A stretch of 32,000 nucleotides of DNA from Coprobacillaceae bacterium (GCA_963675515.1 OY776328.1:330001-362000); one strand, 5' to 3'. Shown: positions 8,360-15,226, counted from the first letter of the stretch. Notes: generated by a model from the sequence alone, not told the origin. A program made the numbers and translations.

Positions 8360-9375
8360 TGGACTTGATTGACAAGATGATTCCCCGAGAGATATTCGGG
8401 GAATTGTCGGTATTTTTGGATGACGAGAATATCACCGATATCAATTACAATGGGAAAAACGTGTGGGTTGACCATATATTCAAGGGCCGGTATAAGGCAG
8501 ATGTCATATTGAGCGAAGAGTTTATCGATACATTTATCATGAAAATTAAAAACAGCGTATCCAGGAATTTCAATATCGAACATAACGTGCTGGAAGCCGA
8601 AACCGAACAATTGAGAATTTCAGTCATCCACCACTCGGTGGCGAAGACCGGTACAGCAATTTCAATAAGGAAGTCTCCACCAAGGCAAAGGATGAATGCG
8701 AAAATGATGATTGAGACGGGATACTGTTCCCAGGCTATAATTGATTTTTTATCCAATTGTATAAGATCATCTTGCAATATAGTCATTGCCGGGACAACCG
8801 GATCGGGTAAGACGGAATTGCTCAAGTGGCTGACCAATTTCATCGAAGCCAACGAGAAGGTCATCACGATTGAGGACAACCTGGAAATCCATTACCGGCA
8901 GATAAATCCGGGAAAGGACTGTATTGAATTGAAGGTTGACGAGAAACTGTTCAACTACTCAAAAGCGATCAAGACATCATTGCGCCAGCTGCCACAGTGG
9001 ATCATACTTTCCGAGGCCCGCTCGGTCGAGGTCAAGTATCTCCTTGAGACGTTCTCAACTGGCCATAATGGAATCACCACCATCCATTGCGACGATGTGC
9101 GAAAGATACCAAAACGAATAAAAAACATGATCCAGGCCGACATTGACGAGTCAGTCCTTTTTGACGACATTTTCAGTTTTATTGATATCGGAATATTGAT
9201 TTCCAAAGAAATAGTCAACAATAAGATCCAACGTCATATCGAGCAAATATGCATATATGATTTTGTGGAAAACAGAAGGGAGATATTGATGGTTTACGAA
9301 AGGGGCCATATCCCCTTGCGTCTGGAATCACCGAAATTGAAACGGAAATTTGAAGGTCTTCAAGGAGGAATTTAA
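8359..9375 (+). CDS. TadA/CpaF/VirB11-class secretion ATPase (338 aa)
   Basis: ATG overlaps the pilin stop (TGATG). ITDINYNGKNVWV N-domain, LRISVIHHSV...AISIRK, Walker A AGTTGSGKTELL, ITIEDNLE, a LRQLPQWIILSEARSVEV Asp-box/Walker B region, and His box TGHNGITTIHCDD. The last codons and stop may be supplied by the IS left end. Confidence 0.8.
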   Translation: MDLIDKMIPREIFGELSVFLDDENITDINYNGKNVWVDHIFKGRYKADVILSEEFIDTFIMKIKNSVSRNFNIEHNVLEAETEQLRISVIHHSVAKTGTAISIRKSPPRQRMNAKMMIETGYCSQAIIDFLSNCIRSSCNIVIAGTTGSGKTELLKWLTNFIEANEKVITIEDNLEIHYRQINPGKDCIELKVDEKLFNYSKAIKTSLRQLPQWIILSEARSVEVKYLLETFSTGHNGITTIHCDDVRKIPKRIKNMIQADIDESVLFDDIFSFIDIGILISKEIVNNKIQRHIEQICIYDFVENRREILMVYERGHIPLRLESPKLKRKFEGLQGGI

Positions 9376-9431
9376 TAGCTGAAAATATGCAATCATATCC
9401 GGCTTCCCGATGAAATCCCTTAAAAATCAAT

Positions 9432-9695
9432 GCGGACGTTGGATCTGGAATTAATTATAAGAAAAAAGGGTTGAGGGAATTGCTGCAATTAATCATCCAA
9501 ATAAAATCGGAAAAGCTGTTGTGTTATATAAAGACATGCTTTTGCGTTTTGGATATGAATTAATTTAGTATATGGCGAGTCTATATAATTGTGAAATAGA
9601 AATAGTCGACAATACACCAGAAACATACCAAAACAGGGGGTCAATGCAAAAGAAGGGATAAAACCAAAAAGAAAATCGAAGCCGAGTTTCTATGA
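9432..9695 (+). pseudogene. tnpA: tnpA (IS607-type serine recombinase) fragment, lacking the HTH and catalytic-Ser region, with stops and frameshifts
   Basis: Reads ADVGSGINYKKKGLRELLQLI...LLCYIKTCFCVLDMN*. A frameshifted reading gives ...VVLYKDMLLRFGYELI, the KDRLxRFG motif region. Coordinates are approximate. Confidence 0.6.
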
Positions 9696-10486
9696 TGATA
9701 ATGTTAAAATCATATTCACTGATACTGATGTCAAGCTTGAAGAGCTATCTGATTCTACAAAAGGCAACAAAAGAAAATTCAATATGGTAAAACTTGCTGA
9801 AAAATGAATAATAGCAACTGATTGAAAGTGTTCCAATCCTAGAGTCACTTATGATGGATTGAATTTTTGGATAAGTGTCGGAGTTTGGATAGGTTTGGGA
9901 ATTAAAGACTTGGCTATTTGTTCAGATGTTGGCACCCACAAGAATATAAACAAATCCAACGAAATTAGGAAATTTAATAAGAAAAGGCGTGGATTGCAAC
10001 GCAAGATAAGTAGGAAACACTTAAAAAATAAGGAAGGGAGCAAATACTGAAAACAAGCAATATTATAAAAAGGGAAAAAGAACTTTCAAGATAAATCGTC
10101 GTTTAACCAATATTCGTCAAAACTGTCAACATCAAATTACAAACGAGATAATAAAGCGAAATCCTAAGTTTATTACACTTGAGGATTTGAATGTCAATGG
10201 CATGATGAATAACAAATATCTCTATAAAGCCATTTGGCAACAAGGATTGCATGAATTCAAGAGAATCTTGCAATATAAGTGTGTTTGGAATGGCATTAAA
10301 TTGAGACAAGCGGATAGATTCTATCCCAGTTCAAAAACATGTTCTCGCTGCGGATCAATCAAGAAAGATTTAAGGCTTTTTGATAGAGTATATAAATGTG
10401 AAGGTTGTGGATTTGAGTTGGATAGGAATTTAAACGCCAGTTTGAATTTGAGAGATGCAAAACAATATAAAATACTCACATCTTAA
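9696..10486 (+). pseudogene. tnpB: tnpB (RuvC-like RNA-guided nuclease) pseudogene, N-terminal third missing, with frameshifts and stops
   Basis: WIGLGIKDLAI (the RuvC-I GIDLG motif with the Asp codon now GGT), IRKFNKKRRGLQRKISRK, a TGA after GSKY, and a frameshift. An open tail then follows: NIRQNCQHQITNEI...ITLEDLNVNGM (RuvC-II), CSRCG...CEGCG zinc finger, and DRNLNASLNL (RuvC-III). Only the last 99 aa form an ORF (10187-10486). Confidence 0.8.
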
Positions 10487-10657
10487 AGTGGGTTTATGTG
10501 TACTGTGCGTTAAACATGAATTTACGCCTTTGGAGTGTTATTTCAAATGCAAGTAGCTTAATCGTAGAATATGCAAAAGCGGACACGATGAATAAGTAAT
10601 GGAACATAGAAATTTGAATATAAAAGTTTATGACCTTTTATAAGTTTTCAGTAACGG
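10487..10657 (+). ncRNA. Candidate omega-RNA (reRNA) scaffold tail of IS copy A
   Basis: A 171-nt non-coding stretch between the tnpB stop and the right end, conserved (roughly 85 percent by eye) with 14185-14355. TnpB guide RNAs are known to be encoded at this position. No structure was computed. Confidence 0.35.
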
Positions 10658-10662
10658 CAACT

Positions 10663-12126
10663 ATGAAAATTGAGCTCAAACGTTATTTCAAAGTTCAAAG
10701 CGAGGTTGAACGGTACGGTTACAACTTTTCAATCAGGCGTTTTTATCAGGTGATTGCCTTTTCGGTGATGCTTGTCGCAATCCTTGGAATTGTGTTCAAA
10801 CTGGGCCGTGTTTATCTCGGTTGTGTGATTTTCACCATGATCGCCTGTCTGCCCCAGATAATTGTCGTAACCTATCGGGGGCTCGATTCGCAGCAGCGAT
10901 TCGATGACTTGAACAATTACCTGGAGCAGCTGGTGATGTCATTCAACCGTCGTGGCAATATTCTGGTTGCTCTCAAAGAGACAAGACAGATCTTCGCCAA
11001 CGGCCAGATGGCTGTGACGCTGGACCAGGCTATCGCTCATATAACTGGGGCAAGAGGCGGCAATGCTTACCAGGAAGGATTGAGCATCATTGAAGAGCGC
11101 TACAGCTGCTCAAGGATCAGTAAAGTTCACAATTTTCTTTTTGAAGTTGAAAAATTGGGCGGTGACTATGGAGATGTCCTCAATCTGATTGAACAGGAAA
11201 GACTGCTGTGGCAGGAACGAGTTTACCTTTTGGCGGCACAAAAAAAGCAGATTGAAAAGAATATATATTTGTCATGTGTGATGGCGACGATAATTGGAGC
11301 GGTGATGGGCATGATCCTGCCAAGTGAGCTAAATGTATTTGCCCTGGGGTATCTGCAACTTCTTTCAACCGGATACCTGGTTGTCGTGATTGTAATGGTC
11401 ACTGTGGTCCATAGCTTGCTTAGCGGCGGCTATTTTGAGGAACTGCGATTCCTTGATAATGATGAATTCGACAAACACGTGCGCCTGTATCGTCAAAACA
11501 GTTTGTTCAATAAGGGCGATATCGTATCCTTGGCGATTGTATTTGCGATTGGCGCTCTTGTCGTGTTCACTGGACAAGGGATAGGGGTTATTCTGTCCGG
11601 TCTTATTTTGACAATCATTCTGGCGAGAGTTTTGGGCCGGAAGAAAAGAAGCCTGAAAATCATCAGGTCAAATCTGGAGATTGCCTTCATGCACTGGATG
11701 CTCGACATTTCATTGCTGCTGCAAAACAACAACATCCATATGGCGGTGATTCAGTCAATTGAAAAAGCGCCCGGGATACTTCGGTCAGATCTTGAATTGC
11801 TTAATGAAAATCTGGAGAAATTTCCGAATTCGATGGTGCCATATCAAAATTTTCTTAGTGAATTCGATATCCCTGATGTGAAGTCGGTCATGAGGTCGTT
11901 TTATGCTTTGGACATGAACGGTACTGGGAGTAACGGAAAATTCCTGAACGATCTGCTTGAGCGCAACAATCATCTGGTGGACAAGACGGAAAGGATGGCG
12001 ATGGAGAACCGTTTGGCCTATATAAATGTCTTTTTGTATCTGCCGATGCTGCTGGCGACATTCAAATTGCTTGGGGACCTTACCGGGTTTATGATGGTCC
12101 TGATTGTGAAAATGAAAGGAGGTTAG
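10663..12126 (+). CDS. Fused TadB-TadC-like pilus platform protein (two T2SSF-type halves, 487 aa)
   Basis: Two repeats of TM segments plus a ~110-aa helical cytoplasmic domain plus TM pair (about aa 60-230 and aa 330-487). Examples are LNNYLEQLVMSFNRRGNILVALKETRQIF...LGGDYGDVLNLIEQE and LEIAFMHWMLDISLLLQNNNIHMAVIQSIEKAPGILRSDL. The native start is taken as ATG 10663, because the ORF-track start at 10630 lies inside the IS right end. Confidence 0.7.
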   Translation: MKIELKRYFKVQSEVERYGYNFSIRRFYQVIAFSVMLVAILGIVFKLGRVYLGCVIFTMIACLPQIIVVTYRGLDSQQRFDDLNNYLEQLVMSFNRRGNILVALKETRQIFANGQMAVTLDQAIAHITGARGGNAYQEGLSIIEERYSCSRISKVHNFLFEVEKLGGDYGDVLNLIEQERLLWQERVYLLAAQKKQIEKNIYLSCVMATIIGAVMGMILPSELNVFALGYLQLLSTGYLVVVIVMVTVVHSLLSGGYFEELRFLDNDEFDKHVRLYRQNSLFNKGDIVSLAIVFAIGALVVFTGQGIGVILSGLILTIILARVLGRKKRSLKIIRSNLEIAFMHWMLDISLLLQNNNIHMAVIQSIEKAPGILRSDLELLNENLEKFPNSMVPYQNFLSEFDIPDVKSVMRSFYALDMNGTGSNGKFLNDLLERNNHLVDKTERMAMENRLAYINVFLYLPMLLATFKLLGDLTGFMMVLIVKMKGG

Positions 12127-12131
12127 GTCCG

Positions 12132-12230
12132 ATGATTGAAATAATTGGCGAATATGGCCAGGTTATTGTGCTTGGGATTTTCAGTACGATATTGATAAGT
12201 GCTTTTGGTTATCTGGCGACACTTATATGA
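12132..12230 (+). CDS. Flp-like micro-pilin, 32 aa (not in the ORF track)
   Basis: AAGGAGG upstream. Translation is MIEIIGEYGQVIVLGIFSTILISAFGYLATLI, with the same M-x4-GEYG plus helix as 8204. Its stop overlaps the next ATG (ATGA). Confidence 0.55.
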   Translation: MIEIIGEYGQVIVLGIFSTILISAFGYLATLI

Positions 12231-12370
12231 GAGCGCTGGTGGGTGAATACGGAATGGTTGTTTTGGGAGTTACTGTGACTTTCATCCTGTTGGAACTTGT
12301 TGGGGAACTTTTGGGAAGCGACATGCTTTTTGAACTGGTGCGAATCAAGGCGGACTGCTTGTTCTTATGA
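12227..12370 (+). CDS. Flp-like micro-pilin, 47 aa (not in the ORF track)
   Basis: Translation is MRALVGEYGMVVLGVTVTFILLELVGELLGSDMLFELVRIKADCLFL. ATGA overlaps occur at both ends. Confidence 0.55.
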   Translation: MRALVGEYGMVVLGVTVTFILLELVGELLGSDMLFELVRIKADCLFL

Positions 12371-12834
12371 AACATGTGATTGAGAGTTACGGCCAGGTGA
12401 TAGTAGGAATGCTTTTGGTTATGGCGGCACTGACATTTTTGAATTTCTCATCGAACGAGGCGCTTGAACCTTCATTGAAGAGCGCTGTGACTGTCGACGG
12501 AATTGAAGTTCCAGCTCCACAGTTCGTTCCAAATAATATTATATCGTATCCCGGATTGGTTGATCCGTTTTCCCTGATCGCCAATACTGACGAAACTCTT
12601 GATGGATTTGCCTACTGGAAAACCCAAGGCAATATTATCTATTATAGTGATGGCGAATACAATAAAATCATGTTTCAAAGTGAGTTTGTCTCGGGTTCTT
12701 TGCTCGATTACACCTCTGTCGATTTCCATGACTACCACTGTTTCATTGACAAGGTAAAAGTAACGGCAATAATCAAAAGCCGGATAAGTGTTAAAAACGC
12801 CACTATAATGATTGAGGAGGAGTTTGATAGTTGA
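12367..12834 (+). CDS. Pilin-like / TadE-class pseudopilin, 155 aa
   Basis: MKHVIESYGQVIVGMLLVMAALTFLNF, then a ~125-aa globular part. The last 4-5 codons and the stop probably derive from the IS copy B left end. Confidence 0.65.
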   Translation: MKHVIESYGQVIVGMLLVMAALTFLNFSSNEALEPSLKSAVTVDGIEVPAPQFVPNNIISYPGLVDPFSLIANTDETLDGFAYWKTQGNIIYYSDGEYNKIMFQSEFVSGSLLDYTSVDFHDYHCFIDKVKVTAIIKSRISVKNATIMIEEEFDS

Positions 12835-12903
12835 AAATAAGTTGTAAAACTACTCAATTAACCATCAAATACATGTGAGTTCGATATTTGATTATCGTCG
12901 CTT

Positions 12904-13501
12904 TTGAAAAACTACCAACAGTGATTTTTCAGAAATATTTGGAGTTACAGCTCAAACTTTAAGAAATTGGGACAATAAAGGCAAGTTACATCCCCATCAC
13001 ACTTCGTCAAATGGATATAGATATTACTCTCACAATCAGATGCATCAAGTTATGAACATAAGGCCTAATATAGAAAGATTGACAATTGGGGATTGTCGGG
13101 TGTCTGGCCACAAACAAAATGACGATTTGGAACGACAAATTCAAAAAATGAGAACTTATCTCTTATCACAAGGTAAACTAATTCAAATAATTGAAAATAT
13201 TGGCTGTGGAATCGACTATAAGAAAAAAGGATTGAGAGATTTGATTAAGCAAATAATGCAAAACAAAGTTGATGAGGTGGTTGTGTTAAATTAAAGACAG
13301 GTTGTCAAGATTTGGATTTGAACTATTGGACATTATGCCAGCCTATATAATCGAGAAATAGAAGTAGTTGATAATACACCAAAAAATAATCAACAAGAGC
13401 TAATATCCAATTTGGTTCAAATAATTGCCTATTTCAGCTGCAAGCTTCAATGCAAAAGAAAGAATAAAACCAAAATGAAAATCGAAGCCGTGTTTCTATG
13501 A
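12904..13501 (+). pseudogene. tnpA: tnpA (IS607-type MerR-HTH serine recombinase) pseudogene
   Basis: A TTG start gives MKNYQQ, followed by a frameshift, then SDFSEIFGVTAQTLRNWD...RVSGHKQNDDLERQIQKMRTYL...GCGIDYKKKGLRDLIKQI...VVVLN*. Shifted frames then give KDRLSRFGFELL and YNREIEVVDNTP...QELISNLVQIIAYFSCKL. Coordinates are approximate. Confidence 0.75.
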
Positions 13502-14184
13502 TGATAATGTTGAAATCAAATTCACTGATACTGATTGCAAGTGTTCCAATCCTAGAGTTACTTATGATGGATTGAATTTTTGGATAAGCATCGGAGTTGA
13601 ATGCGATAATATCAGTGAGATTGACAAAAATAATCATGGTATTGGAATAGATTTGGGAATTAAAGACTTGGCTATTTGTTTAGGTGGCAACACCTACAAG
13701 AATATAAACAAGTAAGATAGAATCAGGAAATTTAATAAGAAAAGGCGTAGATTGCAACGCTATATAAGTAGGAAATACTTAAAAAACAAGGAAGGGAGCA
13801 AATACTGCAAAACAAGCAATATTATAAAAAGGGAAAAAGAACTTTCAAGATAAATCGTCGTTTAACCAATATTCGTCAAAACAGTCAACATCAAATTACA
13901 AACGAGATAACAAACATCTCTCTAAAGCCATTTGGCAACAAGGATTGCATGAATTCAAGAGAATCTTGCAATATAAGTGTGTTTGGAATGGCATTTAATT
14001 GAGACAAGCGGATAGATTATATCCCAGTTCAAAAACATGTTCTCATGGCAAATCAATCAAGAAAGATTCAAAGCTTTTTGATAGAGTTAATAAATGTGAA
14101 GATTGTGGATTTGAGTTGGATAGGGATTTAAACTCCAGTTTGAATTTGAGAGATGAAATACAATATAAAATACTCACATCTTAA
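13502..14184 (+). pseudogene. tnpB: tnpB pseudogene (N-terminus deleted, RuvC-II segment deleted, zinc-finger Cys lost)
   Basis: GIGIDLGIKDLAIC is retained (RuvC-I). A TAA follows NINK. About 60 nt present in copy A (KRNPKFITLEDLNVNGMMNNKY) are missing. CSHGK replaces CSRCG. The tail CEDCGFELDRDLNSSLNL is retained. Confidence 0.8.
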
Positions 14185-14355
14185 AGTGATTTTATGTGTA
14201 CTGTACGTTAAACAGGAATTTACACCTTTGGAGTGTTATATCAAATGCAAGTAGCTTTACCGTAGAACAAGCAAAAGCAGACACGATGAATGAGGAATGG
14301 AACATGAAAGTTTGAATCTAAATAATTATGACTTTTTATAAGTTTTCAGTAACGG
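14185..14355 (+). ncRNA. Candidate omega-RNA (reRNA) scaffold tail of IS copy B
   Basis: Collinear with 10487-10657 and ends at the same ...CAGTAACGG. Confidence 0.35.
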
Positions 14356-14360
14356 TACAG

Positions 14361-14678
14361 ATGAAAAATACGATTGAACTCTATATGTCAATAATCATAA
14401 TCACGATATTCGGCGTGCTGGCAGCCAACATGATCGCGATAAACGTCGAGGCGAACAATGTCCGCAGCTACCAAAACTCCTGCATCCAGGCGATTGAGAA
14501 CAGCGGTCATGATCAGGGAGTGATAGATCAGCTGATTTCAGATTCACCTTATGATCTGAGTGTCGAGAGGATCGTCAGCGATGGCAGCGTCTTAAGCAAA
14601 GTCCAGGTCGGCTATCATTACGTGATCCCGCTTCTCAATGTCAATGAATACTACAGCATATCGGGGTTGGCGAGATGA
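14361..14678 (+). CDS. Pilin-like / TadE-class pseudopilin, 106 aa
   Basis: MKNTIELYMSIIIITIFGVLAANMIAI has the same register (x-x-x-x-E-L-Y) as the other pilin-like proteins. The ORF-track start at 14328 lies inside the IS right end. Confidence 0.6.
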   Translation: MKNTIELYMSIIIITIFGVLAANMIAINVEANNVRSYQNSCIQAIENSGHDQGVIDQLISDSPYDLSVERIVSDGSVLSKVQVGYHYVIPLLNVNEYYSISGLAR

Positions 14679-15226
14679 AACAGGCATTGATGGCTGCAAG
14701 TCTTCTAGCCATGTCAATTGCGACTATAGTGATAATACTTTCATCCAATTTTCAGGTCAACAAAGCCACGATGTTCGAACAGACAGTCAGTCAGAGCCTG
14801 ACAAAGAGCCTTGAGGATATGTGTTTTTATCATCCGGATCTAAACTATGAACAAATCATCAATGGATATCTAAGCGATCTTGCGGTGAATCTCAATGGGA
14901 CAAACAGAATCAAAGTCGACGTCATCGCAATCGATCGCAATTATGGAATCATCGATACAATCAATGAACTTACCTACAACGATTTTTTCAACAACGAAAA
15001 GACAATCACATTAAGGAAAACAATCATCCACAATCCCCAAATCCAGGATGAATATTTCCGGGTCGACTTTGTCTTTGAAGATGCTTTCAAAGGAGCTTTG
15101 TTTGTGAATCCGGGCACTACCATCGCCCAGGCTATCAGCGATTTTGCTTTTCAGGCGGATTGGAATCTGAGTGGCTACGACATTCAAGAACCGATTGAAA
15201 GAGACATTGTTATATACGCAAATTAA
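14675..15226 (+). CDS. Membrane-anchored pilus accessory protein (TadF/TadG-like position), 183 aa
   Basis: ATGA overlap with the upstream gene. A single N-terminal TM, MKQALMAASLLAMSIATIVIILSS. It is the last gene before the terminator. No recognisable catalytic motif. Confidence 0.55.
   Translation: MKQALMAASLLAMSIATIVIILSSNFQVNKATMFEQTVSQSLTKSLEDMCFYHPDLNYEQIINGYLSDLAVNLNGTNRIKVDVIAIDRNYGIIDTINELTYNDFFNNEKTITLRKTIIHNPQIQDEYFRVDFVFEDAFKGALFVNPGTTIAQAISDFAFQADWNLSGYDIQEPIERDIVIYAN

Larger units (their letters stand above)
9369..10657 (+). mobile_element. Decayed IS607-family element, copy A (5'-deleted tnpA, broken tnpB, intact-looking right end)
   Basis: A left-end 20-mer after GG (9367-68), AATTTAATAGCTGAAAATAT, matches copy B in about 16 of 20 positions. 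Internal DVGSGINYKKKGLRELL and CEIEIVDNTPE read as serine-recombinase TnpA. The TnpB C-terminus is intact. The right end ...TTTTCAGTAACGG is identical to copy B and ends at 10657. The left boundary is approximate. Confidence 0.75.
12821..14355 (+). mobile_element. Decayed IS607-family element, copy B (near full-length tnpA with frameshifts, internally deleted tnpB)
   Basis: Begins after GG (12819-20) with AGTTTGATAGTTGAAAATAA. MerR-type HTH SEIFGVTAQTLRNWDNKGKLHP...GYRYY. Recombinase motif IGDCRVSGHKQNDDLERQ. KDRLSRFGFEL appears in a shifted frame. TnpB remnants follow. The right end ...TTTTCAGTAACGG ends at 14355. Confidence 0.8.

Noticed and set aside
8359-9375. Interpretation of the ATPase as VirB11 of a conjugative type IV secretion system
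   Set aside because: There is no VirB4, VirD4, relaxase or other conjugation gene nearby. The neighbours are pilin-like and T2SSF-like proteins.
10187-10486. 99-aa ORF that could be read as a small zinc-finger protein gene
   Set aside because: It is the C-terminal RuvC-II/zinc-finger/RuvC-III tail of a disrupted tnpB. The same frame continues upstream without a start, and the rest of the gene is frameshifted. The 61-aa ORF at 13999-14184 and the 84-aa ORF at 13040-13294 are likewise IS gene fragments.
9369-14355. The two large direct repeats considered as a CRISPR-like or tandem-repeat structure
   Set aside because: They are 1.3-1.5 kb IS relics with recognisable tnpA/tnpB coding remnants. 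No short repeat-spacer periodicity exists anywhere in the window.
8204-15226. Interpretation as a comG-type competence pseudopilus (ATPase, platform, then several small pilins)
   Set aside because: The gene order is reminiscent of comG. However, the small proteins lack the class III KGFTLxE-type signal, and the ATPase has TadA/VirB11 hallmarks (ITDINYNG, short length) rather than a GspE/ComGA layout. The EYG core is Flp-like.
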